This document shows positions 45,795 to 55,093 of a stretch of DNA of 63,111 nt, piece after piece (within the stretch, counting starts at the first letter, position 1; each line of letters starts with the position of its first letter). Both the position numbers and the translations under genes were made by a program. This DNA is from Chloroflexota bacterium (GTDB lineage: Bacteria; Chloroflexota; Anaerolineae; UBA4142). The stretch is taken from NCBI GenBank assembly GCA_023489485.1, contig JAMDCU010000158.1, positions 1 to 63,111 of the forward strand. Direction: 5' to 3'. The notes under the pieces are model-generated. The model did not search any database. It was not told the origin of the DNA and was given only the letters and a program-made list of their open reading frames with translations.

Positions 45795-47099
45795 CTACTT
45801 GTTCAACCAAGACGGCACGGCCAAACTCAACTGGTTCTTTGCCTCGCTTGCCAGAGCATGAACGTCACCTGAGGTCGAAAGAGTAAGCAAACTGAGCATC
45901 GCCAACCGCGAATCCACATTCATGCGGGCATCCGAGCGGACGAGCTGGTTCAGGTCGGACGGCCCGATATTATTGAGGTCGTAGGTCAGATTGGCGGCAA
46001 TGATCACGGCGAAGGGAGCCGTCTGCCAGCCCGCATTCTTGGCGATCTTGTCCATCAGCAAATAGCCCACGGCATAGCGAAGCGGCTGACGGATCTCGGA
46101 GGAAATGATCTCATCTACCTGCGGGCCAAAGAGCTGGATTGTCACAATGGCCTTATGTACATCGTCCATGCCCGGCTGGTCAATGGTAAAAAGCACCTTC
46201 AGAGCCTGCTGCAAATATAGTGAGATATCCTTTAGTTCTTGGCTGCCCGACTCCAGTTTCTTGAGAGCCTGAAGTGTGGCATCCAACGTGTGAGGCTCAC
46301 GACCATTAGCACCCAAACGCGACATGAGGAATGTCTCGATCCAAGTGGCCCAGCCCTCTTCGGTGAGCTGAGACTCGGTAAAGATAATCGCGCTCTTCTG
46401 GGCGAGGAGCGTTGCTTGAGGCGAGTCGACCACGGCCAAATTGAACCGGTTGGCAAGTTGTATCTGGGCGAGGCCGAGCTGCTTTTTCTCATTGCCGAGC
46501 GCGGTAGACTCGGTGATGAACCCGTGCCCCAGTTTCTCGTGCGCGATGGTTGAGAGTATGCTCGCCAAAACGTCCGGATCCTGGAGAGCCGCACGCGGCG
46601 CATAGCCACGCCCGTAGGCGAAGAGCCACCCGTTGAGATAGCAGCCGCGCCCAGGCAAGCTGACGCCAAAGATGCCTCCTCCGTTGGTTTCGCGCGCCGT
46701 CCGCTCCGCCTCGGCAATGAGCTGCGCAAGGGCGGCCGCTTTGCCTTCTCCCGACAGATTCAATTCTTTGACAAAAGGGCCAAAGAATTCTTCGAGCGTT
46801 TCGGCGTAGACGGTCGGATAGTTTAGGTTGGCACCCGGCATGTAACGGCGGAGTTGAAAGGTCTCGATGAATAAATCATCCATCTTCCGCAGCCCAGCAT
46901 CGCCTGTCAGATCGATGCGCGCGGTGAGAGGCGACGGCGGGCGCGCCGCAATCCCATTCGCACGCGGAGATGCGGGTACGCATGGCCGCGTCTTGCCGAA
47001 CAGATCTTCGAGGTCTGACGCAAGTCTCTGCGCGTGCTCCACCTGTTGCTGCTTCAACTTTTCTTCGAACGACGGGATTGGACTGTTCTCGTTTGTCAT
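45795..47099 (-). CDS. Hypothetical protein with an HExxH motif (possible Zn-metallopeptidase)
   Basis: 434 aa. ATG is preceded by ACAGGAG. The only recognisable motif is STIAHEKLGHGF; no family assignment. Confidence 0.4.
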   Translation of the reverse strand: MTNENSPIPSFEEKLKQQQVEHAQRLASDLEDLFGKTRPCVPASPRANGIAARPPSPLTARIDLTGDAGLRKMDDLFIETFQLRRYMPGANLNYPTVYAETLEEFFGPFVKELNLSGEGKAAALAQLIAEAERTARETNGGGIFGVSLPGRGCYLNGWLFAYGRGYAPRAALQDPDVLASILSTIAHEKLGHGFITESTALGNEKKQLGLAQIQLANRFNLAVVDSPQATLLAQKSAIIFTESQLTEEGWATWIETFLMSRLGANGREPHTLDATLQALKKLESGSQELKDISLYLQQALKVLFTIDQPGMDDVHKAIVTIQLFGPQVDEIISSEIRQPLRYAVGYLLMDKIAKNAGWQTAPFAVIIAANLTYDLNNIGPSDLNQLVRSDARMNVDSRLAMLSLLTLSTSGDVHALASEAKNQLSLAVPSWLNK

Positions 47100-47316
47100 C
47101 GGTATCTCCTGTCACCATCCGGCGCACGACCAGAGCGAATCCGCGTGGTCAGGAGGGTGCCTTGCCTCAGGGCTCGGCCGGCGCCTACGGTCTGGGGCAG
47201 GGCGGTTCTTATTCGGTTGGGGATCACCCAACCAGGAACAAGTCTATAGTTCACCCTTTTCGCCTCGGTCGTCCGTCCTTGAACGCAAGACAATCCGGCG
47301 CACCTGCAGCGGGAGA

Positions 47317-49272
47317 CTATTGGGCGCAGCGAAACCCAATGGGGTTGTTACGGCCGACCGGCGTGCCGTCGCTGCGGCCGGACGCGCGTACGGAGTCCTG
47401 AAAGTAGTTCCAGGAGCCGCCGCGCAGCACGCGATATGGCCCAGAAGATGGTCCCTGCGGGTTCTTGCGCGGCGCGTTGGCATAGTATGCCTGATCGTAC
47501 CAATCTGCCACCCACTGCCACACATCCCCTGCCATATCCATCGCACCGTACGGGCTCGCACCCGCTGCATAACTCCCAACCGCGGTCGTATCTCCCTGCC
47601 CACCTTCCCATGAATTGAGCAAGGCCCTGTCGAAGGTGCTACCCTAGGGATAGATTCGTCCGTCCGTTCCCCGCGCGGCTTTTTCCCACTCCGCTTCGGT
47701 TGGCAGCCGCTTGCCCGCCCACGTGCAGAAGGTGCCTGCGTCATTCCAGGACACATAGATGACGGGATAGTTGTCGTATTCTGCATTGCCATAGTAGGAA
47801 CTGCGGGTGGAGGAGCCTGAGTTGGAAGGCGCTTGGCATTTGCCGGCATCCAGGCAGCGTTTGTACAGCGCGTTCGTCACCTCGAATTTGTCTATATCAA
47901 AGGCATCGAGGTAAACCGTGTGCTGCGGCTTTTCGTCGCTTCGTGCCATCGAGTCGCTGTTACTGCTGCCCATCAAGAAATCGCCGGCAGGTACAAACAC
48001 CATCGGCGCGCCGCCGATCACGCGCTCCTCGCCTGAGGCGGTGGCTTGTGTGGCGGCAGGCATCGGCGTGAAATAGGCTGCAGCCGTAGGCGCTTTCGTA
48101 CGAGGCGCGGCGGCTACGGGCGTAAGAGTTGCCACCCGAATGATCTCTGGCCCGGTCAGCGCCGCAATCGTGGCGATTCCCACGACCAACACCAGCGTAA
48201 CAAGGCAGCCGGCCAAGGCCCAGCTCCTGATTCGCTTGCGCCGGCGCGCGGCATCTTCCCCTGCGCGGCGCTCCGCCTCCTGGCGTGCGGCGACCTCGCG
48301 GGCGCGTTGTTCTTGTCGCTCCCGCTCGGCGCGCTCGCGTGCTTGTTGCCCTTCCAGTTCCCGCTCGGCTTGCTCCCTCGCCTGTCGCTCTGCCTCCGCG
48401 ACTCGCTTTTGCCCCTCGCGGAGCGCTGTCGCGACGGCGCTCATCGTCACATAGCGCTTGGCGGGACTCGCGGCATCTGCCGCCTTTAGCCCCGGCATGT
48501 CGCATAGCATCCGCATGACGATCGCTTCCAGCCACTCGGGCGCCTCGAGTCGCAGGTCGCGCACCCGCGTCACTTTGTGCATCACCCGCTTGTATACCTT
48601 GCCCGTCAGCATCTCGAAGGCGATGCAGCCCAGACTGAACACATCTGAGGTCGGTCCTAGCGGCTGCCAGCCGTCGTGCTCGGGCGAGCGATAATCCGGC
48701 GTGCCGGGATGCATCCCTGCCTGGCTCCCCAGTTCGCTGCGCATGCTGGATTGACCGCCGCCGACCTGCGCCAGCCCCAAATCCGCAATCTTGGCTCTGC
48801 CGTTCTTGTCCAGCAGAATATTCGAGGGCTTTACATCCCGGTGGATGATCTCCAGGTCGTGAAGCGCTTGGAGACCTGCTGCACAATCGAGCAGGATTTC
48901 AACGACTCGTTCGACCGGAAGTGGAGACTCTTTAACGATCAGATCTTTGAGGCTGCCGCCCGGGGCGTATTCCAACACAGCATAAAGGGATTCCGGCTCC
49001 TCAAAGACGTCATACGCCCGGATCACGTTCGGATGGTCGACTTGCGCCGCGATCCGGAATTCCTCTTTGTAGCGTTGAGCATAGTCGCGAAATGTCGTGC
49101 TCCCCACGCCGGGCGCGTCGGAGCGCAGCACCTTGATCGCGCGCAGCACGTTCAGGTCGAGATGCCGTGCACGATACACCTCAGCAAACGCGCCGTTACC
49201 GGCAAGCGCTTCGATGCGATACTTGCCGTTGAGGATTACGTCGCCAGGCTGCAACATCCTTTTGTCTACCAT
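47317..49272 (-). pseudogene. STK8: Ser/Thr kinase, coiled coil, TM helix, FGE-sulfatase domain; one in-frame TAG
   Basis: A single frame runs from 49272 to 47317, interrupted by TAG at 47644-47646 at the Trp of the conserved DGRIYPWGN motif (it reads RIYP*G). Kinase motifs [23 protein letters not shown] segment [25 protein letters not shown] tail ..GDVWQWVADWYD..YRVLRGGSWNYFQDSVRASGRSDGTPVGRNNPIGFRCAQ*. Confidence 0.8.
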
Positions 49273-49315
49273 GACTGCCCTACGCTGGGTTTGTCCGAAA
49301 CCTGTCTATTTGCCA

Positions 49316-51397
49316 TCATGAGTCTGCGGCCTGGGTCCGCGATCCGATTATTTCAACCCGTAACAATCCAACCATTCCTTTGACGCGAATACGCGGAGCT
49401 GGCGCGCCGGCGCCCGTTCGCACGATCACGGCCCCGGCGTCGTCCTCGGTCACGATATCCGGAGCCGCCCGTACGTTCAACGGGAATGCCTTTTGTTCGT
49501 GGTGATCGCGCCCACGATCGTCGCGGTAGGTAAGCTCCACCATCAGATTCCCGGCTCCCGTCGGCACCATCTCCAGAATGAACTCGCTCGATCCATGAGC
49601 GCCGATCCGCAGCGGCTCAGTTGTCCAGATCGGCTGCGCCAGGACTCCGCCCAGCCGGATAAATACCTCTGCCTCTGATTTGCCGCGGTTCTTAATCTCA
49701 AACGCTATGGGCGCCTGTTGGTCCGGCTCGAATTGGCGCTCGGCCGTGAGACAGCGCAAGGTCAGGCGCGGCGCGGGGTCGAGCAAGGACGCCTGCCGCT
49801 CACACTCTTGCACCTCGCCGAAGAGCTCTGCTTCGTCGAAGCACTCAGCAGCCTCGTACAACAACTCTACGGCCAGTGCACGGTCGCGTCCGACCACGAG
49901 TTGCGCCGCCGATTGGAACTCGCGGCCGACCTCGGCCGGCTTGGCCCAGAGCTGGGCGCGCAGCAACCGTGCCGCAAGGTCCGGGTGGCCGGCAGACGTA
50001 AACAAGGCGCGCGCTCGCTCAATGTACTTGCGCTTGCGGGCATAATCTGCACTCTCCATTTCACCCGCAAGCGCCCAGAGGCCCGCAGCCACTGGACGGC
50101 TTCCGCGCTGTTCCTCTCGCAAGGCCGATTCCGCATAGTGCCCGAGATGCCACGGCAGCGCGACGATCGCTCCGGCATCCGATCCGATAAAGATAGTGTC
50201 GTCATACGCGATTGGGCTGGTCAGGAGCGGCGCGCCGAGCTCGCACTTCCAGAAGAGCGATCCGGTGGTAGCATCCAGAGCATATACCTTGCCATCATTC
50301 GCTCCAAAGACGACGAGGCCTCGCACGACGACCGGGGTTGTCGCGATCCCGGCGCCGACCTCTTGATTCCACGCCGGCTCGCCCGTCGCCGCTCGAATTG
50401 CGTACAAACGATGATTCAGGCAGCCGACGTAGAGCAGCCCACCATCTACCCCGGCAGAAGCGGGGAAGCCGAAGGAGCCGCGGTCCCCCGGCTGCCCCAG
50501 AACGGTAAAGGGTTCGCGCCAAATTGCCCGGCGCGTCCGCGCATCCAACGCATAGAGCAGGCCGGTCGAAGGATAGTCGTGGAACGCCGTGACGTACAGT
50601 TTCCCATCGGCCTGAACGGGAGTGCCGCGGACGTTGCCAGCAACGCCAAACTCCCAACTCTTGCAACTGCTGTCGCTGTCGAACGCGACGACTTGGCCAT
50701 CGGTCCGATCGTGTGTCCTGCCGTAAGTCGCCACGATGATAGATTGAACCACACCGCGCTCGGTAACGAATATCGGCGAGGCAGGGACCGGCGTAGGATG
50801 TCCGCATACCTGCAAGCGCTGCACGATGTGGCCGTTACGCGCGTCGAGACAATAGAGCAAGCCATCGCCCGCAGCAGCATAGACGCGCACACCATCCACC
50901 GCGGGGGATCCACGGACGGCGCCGCCCAAGGGAGTGCGCCACTCTACTTTTCCGGTCTGTAGATCGAGCGCGACGACCGCTCCCTCCCCTGCGCCGATCC
51001 AGCGAGCCGCCGTGCCGACGACGATGCGCGCTCCCTCGGTATCCGCAATTGCCGCGCCGCCTTCCACGGGCATGCCAACGGATTCCTGCCAGATCGTGCT
51101 TCCATCTGCAAGATTGAGCAGCGTGACGCCGCCATCAGCCGGGCGCAGATCCGTCCTGCGCGGCGTATGTCCCCAAGCGGCAGCAAGCACCGGCTTGCCG
51201 TCGCACCGCGCAATCGCAAGCTGCACGGCGACGCTCCCCGGCACCTCGGCTCGCCAGACTGGCGTGTTCGGCGCGGCAGGCGTATCGAGCAACAGACGCG
51301 GCTGTCCGCACTCTGGACAGGCGGTGCCCGAGGGAAAGTAGGCGGAACAAGAAGGGCAGAAAGGGTACCCTGCCCGATTGTGAATTGGGTCATCCAT
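49316..51397 (-). CDS. Zinc ribbon, PQQ/BamB-like beta-propeller, helical repeats, beta-sandwich (paralogue of 39313-41892)
   Basis: ATG at 51397 (MDDPIHNRAGYPFCPSCS..CPECGQP). Propeller blades (ALDLQTGKVEWRT, CLDARNGHIVQRL, ALDARTRRAIWRE, AIRAATGEPAWNQ, ALDATTGSLFWKC). Helical region and a C-terminal beta domain as in the paralogue, but no C-terminal zinc ribbon. Confidence 0.7.
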   Translation of the reverse strand: MDDPIHNRAGYPFCPSCSAYFPSGTACPECGQPRLLLDTPAAPNTPVWRAEVPGSVAVQLAIARCDGKPVLAAAWGHTPRRTDLRPADGGVTLLNLADGSTIWQESVGMPVEGGAAIADTEGARIVVGTAARWIGAGEGAVVALDLQTGKVEWRTPLGGAVRGSPAVDGVRVYAAAGDGLLYCLDARNGHIVQRLQVCGHPTPVPASPIFVTERGVVQSIIVATYGRTHDRTDGQVVAFDSDSSCKSWEFGVAGNVRGTPVQADGKLYVTAFHDYPSTGLLYALDARTRRAIWREPFTVLGQPGDRGSFGFPASAGVDGGLLYVGCLNHRLYAIRAATGEPAWNQEVGAGIATTPVVVRGLVVFGANDGKVYALDATTGSLFWKCELGAPLLTSPIAYDDTIFIGSDAGAIVALPWHLGHYAESALREEQRGSRPVAAGLWALAGEMESADYARKRKYIERARALFTSAGHPDLAARLLRAQLWAKPAEVGREFQSAAQLVVGRDRALAVELLYEAAECFDEAELFGEVQECERQASLLDPAPRLTLRCLTAERQFEPDQQAPIAFEIKNRGKSEAEVFIRLGGVLAQPIWTTEPLRIGAHGSSEFILEMVPTGAGNLMVELTYRDDRGRDHHEQKAFPLNVRAAPDIVTEDDAGAVIVRTGAGAPAPRIRVKGMVGLLRVEIIGSRTQAADS

Positions 51398-51589
51398 CGC
51401 GATAGACCTGCTCAGCGCTATTTGGAGTCCGGTAGATGCAGCAGCCGTCCTGATCCGTGCGTACCGACCGCATCCGTGACGATCTGTGTGCGATAAGGCG
51501 GGGCGCTCCACCTCGAAGCCGATGGCTCAAGAAGTGGAGCATTTTTGGTATTCGCCTGCGGAGAGGTTTGCCCCATAACCCCGGTTTCC

Positions 51590-51620
51590 GCAGCCAGGGC
51601 ACCGACCGCGCCATTTTTCA
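51590..51620 (-). promoter_or_regulatory. Second copy of the 31-nt TR-downstream box
   Basis: See 31436-31466; 30/31 identical. Confidence 0.5.
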
Positions 51621-51675
51621 AGCCGCGTCAGCGCAGCCGTAGCCGCGCTGAATTTCTGGCACGCTGGAAAAACGT

Positions 51676-51799
51676 GCGACACGCACGCCCGCAACCCGTT
51701 GTTGTCGTTGCGATTGTCAGGGTTGTTGTAGTTGCGGTACGCGCAGCGGACGTTGTTCTCGTTGTTGTTGAACGACCCGCCCCGCAAAACGCGCGTGTC
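51676..51799 (-). repeat. Second template-like repeat TR2, with no adjacent RT or Avd
   Basis: The - strand encodes [37 protein letters not shown], with 13 Asn (12 AAC, 1 AAT). About 80% identical to TR1. It lies ~190 nt downstream of the VR2 gene stop. Confidence 0.7.
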
Positions 51800-51902
51800 T
51801 TTCGGTCGAGCCCTTCATGCCGCGTTTTGCGACGCTGACATGACACGATGAATGGTCTCTCGACATGTTGCGAGAGCGACGACGATTGAAAAACCTTTTC
51901 GA

Positions 51903-51927
51903 CGAGGGGGCGCTGTGTGCCCCCTCG
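51903..51927 (-). promoter_or_regulatory. GC-rich hairpin downstream of VR2 (copy of 33102-33126)
   Basis: Identical cgagggggc-gctgtgt-gccccctcg. Confidence 0.6.
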
Positions 51928-51972
51928 TGCTCCCCCAGACGATCAGAGATTCAGAGTTCAGAGACCCGGAGA

Positions 51973-53196
51973 TCAGAGCTGAATGGGCGACACGCACACC
52001 CGCAACCCGTCTTCATCCAGGCGGTCGTCAGGATTGAGCCAGCTGCGGTACGCACAGCGGGCATCGGCCTCGTCGCTGCCGCTGAACGACCCGCCCCGCA
52101 AAACGCGCGAGTCGCGACTGTTGGTGTCCTCCTGTCCATCACCCCTCTCGTACGGATAAGGCTTGTACAAGCTGCTCGTCCACTCCCACACATTTCCTGC
52201 TATATCTGCGCAGCCATACGGGCTATCTCCGCGCGGGCTGTACTCGCCTACCGGCGTCGTGTCCTTCACATTCATATTGAAGTTGCAGCGGTTTGCGTCC
52301 GGCGCGTCGTTGCCCCATGGATAAATTCGCCCATCGGTACCGCGCGCCGCTTTCTCCCATTCCGCTTCGGTTGGCAAGCGCACGCTGCGTCCAGTTGTCT
52401 CGCTCACCCATTCGCAAAACGCCACCGCATCATCCCAGCTCACCAGCACTACCGGATGGTTTGCCTTCCCGCTCACATTGCTCTCGGGTCCCCGCGGATG
52501 CTGCCAATTTGCGCCCCTGACCTCTTTCCATCCACTCCCTGTGAAAGTCCACCCGCTGCCTTGCTGCTCTGCCGTCGTCTGATAGCTCGTGGCTTTCACG
52601 AATGCCGCAAACTGCGACACCGTCACGGGATACCTGCCAATCAGATACTCATCGAGGAATACCTTCTGCTGCGGTTGCTCGTTACTGTCCGTTTGCCGAT
52701 CCTTCCTCGGATCGCTGCCCATCAGAAACTCACCCGCCGGCACACGCATCAGTTCCAATGTCACATCCGGTGCCAGCGTGAGAATCAATTCATTCGCTTT
52801 GCGCTGGCCCTCTCCCGTCTCATTTCGTGCTTTTGACTCCGCTTCGCGTCGCGCCTGCTCCTCGGCTTCTTTCTTCCATCGCCTTTCCTCGATCGAAGCA
52901 CACTCATTGCAGATGAATAAAGCAGGATGCTGGTGGCGGAGACAAATGAATTCGCGTGTACATTTCCTGCACCGGAACGTTTCTTCGCGGCGGTTGTACT
53001 TGCCACAGAGTGGGCATTCGCCTCCGCCTAACGGGGTCGCCTGCTCTCCAATGACTACGGTTCCGGCCTTGACAACCGTGCCCCGGACGTTGACGATATC
53101 GCCGTCATCCGCGGCAAGTTGTGGCAATCTTGCACCGCAGTTTTGGCAGAACCTCGCGTCGTTCGGTTGATCGCGCTCACACTGGGGACACCGCAT
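51973..53196 (-). CDS. Zinc-ribbon / Cys-rich N-terminus, short coiled coil, FGE-sulfatase (C-type-lectin-fold) domain carrying VR2
   Basis: MRCPQCE..CQNCGARL, then CPLCGK..CRKCTREFICLRHQ..CNEC. FGE motifs [60 protein letters not shown]. No TM segment. Confidence 0.85.
   Translation of the reverse strand: MRCPQCERDQPNDARFCQNCGARLPQLAADDGDIVNVRGTVVKAGTVVIGEQATPLGGGECPLCGKYNRREETFRCRKCTREFICLRHQHPALFICNECASIEERRWKKEAEEQARREAESKARNETGEGQRKANELILTLAPDVTLELMRVPAGEFLMGSDPRKDRQTDSNEQPQQKVFLDEYLIGRYPVTVSQFAAFVKATSYQTTAEQQGSGWTFTGSGWKEVRGANWQHPRGPESNVSGKANHPVVLVSWDDAVAFCEWVSETTGRSVRLPTEAEWEKAARGTDGRIYPWGNDAPDANRCNFNMNVKDTTPVGEYSPRGDSPYGCADIAGNVWEWTSSLYKPYPYERGDGQEDTNSRDSRVLRGGSFSGSDEADARCAYRSWLNPDDRLDEDGLRVCVSPIQL
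51987..52113 (-). repeat. Variable repeat VR2
   Basis: Encodes RGGSFSGSDEADARCAYRSWLNPDDRLDEDGLRVCVSPIQL*. Aligns to TR2 with most changes at TR adenines, but also ~10 non-A changes and one extra codon. Confidence 0.7.
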
Positions 53197-53212
53197 CGTC
53201 GACTCCGTTTGA

Positions 53213-53818
53213 CTATTTCTTCTTCATCTCCTCTTCGATCTTCTTCAGCCCCTCGGCTATGCGGGAATCCACCTCTGTATCCGAACTCCCCGATTCCGCC
53301 TCCTGCTTCATCGTCTTTTCCATTTCTTTCAATGAAGTCTCAAGGTCCGAGTCGGACAGTTCGTCCGAGGAAAAGACGGTCTCGTCCGTTGCCTCCATTA
53401 AGTAGTCCATCGTCTGCTCGAGATTCTGCGCTCGCGCGAGGGCAAGCTCTAGTTGGCGTTGCGTCTTGGCAAATTCTGCTGGGTTCGCGTGTGCCGTCAT
53501 GGACTTGGACATTGCCTGGACGGAGGTCATGAACTCGGCCACGGACTTGGCCTGATCGCGCCGCGCCTCGATTGCCTCATACGCCAAGAGATAGCGTTCC
53601 CATCGTTTGATATCTTCGAGCGTCCACAGATACTGTTTGCCGATCTGCTGGAACTGGCGCGTCTCACCCAGCGCTGTTGCACGCTTGCCAAGTTGCCAAA
53701 GTTTCTTGGCCATCTCTCGCTGCTTGTTCATGTGACGCTGGACTTGGATCTTGCCGCGTCGGGCCTGCAGATCGCGTTCGATTTCCTTCTCTCGGCGCCG
53801 TTCTTCAAAGAAATGCAT
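53213..53818 (-). CDS. ESCRT-III (Snf7/CHMP2-Vps24-like) superfamily protein B
   Basis: 201 aa, all-helical. The core ..AEFMTSVQAMSKSMTAHANPAEFAKTQRQLELALARAQNLEQTMDYLMEATDE.. parallels the CHMP alpha3-alpha4 region (..MAQAMKGVTKAMGTMN..KIMMEFERQAEIMDMKEEMMNDAID). An acidic linker follows, then a C-terminal amphipathic helix DSRIAEGLKKIEEEMKKK (MIM-like). RBS is GAGAGGAGG. Confidence 0.65.
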   Translation of the reverse strand: MHFFEERRREKEIERDLQARRGKIQVQRHMNKQREMAKKLWQLGKRATALGETRQFQQIGKQYLWTLEDIKRWERYLLAYEAIEARRDQAKSVAEFMTSVQAMSKSMTAHANPAEFAKTQRQLELALARAQNLEQTMDYLMEATDETVFSSDELSDSDLETSLKEMEKTMKQEAESGSSDTEVDSRIAEGLKKIEEEMKKK

Positions 53819-53830
53819 TGGTTCCTCCTC

Positions 53831-54991
53831 TCACTCGGTGGCGTCGCGCCACTCTTGATATCGGGCGAGGTCGCTCTGCGTGGCCTGCGGCTTGATTCTG
53901 GCAAAGGCCTTGTCAAAATCGTTCTGATTCAAAGGGCGGATCCGGAGCTCGTACTTTTCCAGCGCCGCCCGCCCCTGGTCCACCAAGTTCACAAGCTGCG
54001 GATTGACTTCTTCCACCATATGCTTCACAGCTTCAGTCGCAAGGTGTTCGATCTCACGACCCGAGTACCCTTCAGATCGTTTTGCTAGCTCCGGGAAGGC
54101 GATTTCAACCTTGTACCCCTTGCTTGCGAGGTGAATCTTGAAAATGCTTTCGCGGGCGCGAATGTCCGGCAGGGGCACATAGATTTTCTTCTCAAAGCGG
54201 CTGAGGATGGCTTTGTCAATCATCCAGGGAATGTTTGTCGCGCCGATCGTCATGATATAGTTTTCATCCGCCTTGCCGGTCAAGCCATCGAGTTCGGCAA
54301 GAAAAGTCGAAACTACGCGCAGCTCGGCGCCGGACTCGGTTCCGCCTCGCTGCCCGACCAAGGATTCGATCTCATCTAGGAAGACAACCGACGGCGCCAT
54401 GCGCCGTGCTGCGGCATAGAGCGCAGAGACCAATTTCGTCGATTCGCCGAAATACTTGGAAAGCAGGTTGCTCACCTTGACATTGAAGAAAGTCGCCTCC
54501 AAACCATTCGAGGTCGCCGCCGCAAGGAGCGTCTTGCCCGTGCCGGGAGGACCATAAAATAGGAGATTGCGCCAACCTCGCAGCTTGATTCCTTTGGGCG
54601 GATGGACCATAGAGAGCCCATAGGCTGTCTTAATTTCATTCTTGGTCTCCGCGAGGCCGCCGATATCAATCCAGGAGACCGGCGATTTGAAGATCAGCGC
54701 CGCGACTTCGTCGTCATATTGGTTTGCATCACCGCCATTCTCGGCGGCCTTTATCGGCGGCCCCTTGGTGGTTATGTGTTCGGCGAGTTCACGAAACCCT
54801 TTGGCTTTCTCCAGCCACTGAGCTCTGGCGCGCGGGTCGGTTGTGTAACCTGCATATTGGGTCAGATGATCCGCACACTGACGATAAGCCGCAGCGGCTT
54901 CGAACATGTTTCCCTTCTGCTGCTGAGCCTTGGCGCGTGCTAGCGCTTTCTCGTAGAGTGCAAAAATGGGCCCTGCTAGATCAACAGGCAT
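53831..54991 (-). CDS. MIT-like domain + AAA ATPase (Vps4-like), copy 2
   Basis: ATG at 54991 is preceded by AGGAG (track TTG start at 55018). MIT-like N-terminus (FALYEKALARAKAQQQKGNMFEAAAAYRQCADHL..AQWLEKAKGFRELAEHI). Walker A LFYGPPGTGKTL, Walker B VVFLDEIESL. Confidence 0.8.
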   Translation of the reverse strand: MPVDLAGPIFALYEKALARAKAQQQKGNMFEAAAAYRQCADHLTQYAGYTTDPRARAQWLEKAKGFRELAEHITTKGPPIKAAENGGDANQYDDEVAALIFKSPVSWIDIGGLAETKNEIKTAYGLSMVHPPKGIKLRGWRNLLFYGPPGTGKTLLAAATSNGLEATFFNVKVSNLLSKYFGESTKLVSALYAAARRMAPSVVFLDEIESLVGQRGGTESGAELRVVSTFLAELDGLTGKADENYIMTIGATNIPWMIDKAILSRFEKKIYVPLPDIRARESIFKIHLASKGYKVEIAFPELAKRSEGYSGREIEHLATEAVKHMVEEVNPQLVNLVDQGRAALEKYELRIRPLNQNDFDKAFARIKPQATQSDLARYQEWRDATE

Positions 54992-55093
54992 CCGATGACT
55001 CCTGAACGGAACGCGCAAGAGGATGGGGGCTCGACAGGGAACGACGAGCCCCCCTTCGCAACGGTGAATGTGCCCATTTTAGAACCAGAGATC

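Noticed and set aside
47317-47420. Tail of STK8-FGE as a third VR of this DGR
   Set aside because: It has a VR-like composition and the same length as the TR1 segment. However, its nucleotide sequence does not align to TR1 or TR2, and the conserved hairpin flank is absent downstream. It could belong to a TR outside the window or be static.
47644-47646. In-frame TAGs (also 57502 and 58045) as recoded sense codons (pyrrolysine-like or reassigned)
   Set aside because: TAG is used as the ordinary stop of well-supported genes here (the SDR at 3532-3534 and the SBP at 5216-5218). Two of the three in-frame TAGs are in an obviously dead IS.
49718-50962. 414-aa + strand ORF
   Set aside because: Shadow ORF opposite the PQQ-propeller gene; the blade repeats are only on the - strand.
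51865-52836. 323-aa + strand ORF
   Set aside because: Shadow ORF opposite the zinc-ribbon/FGE gene and VR2.
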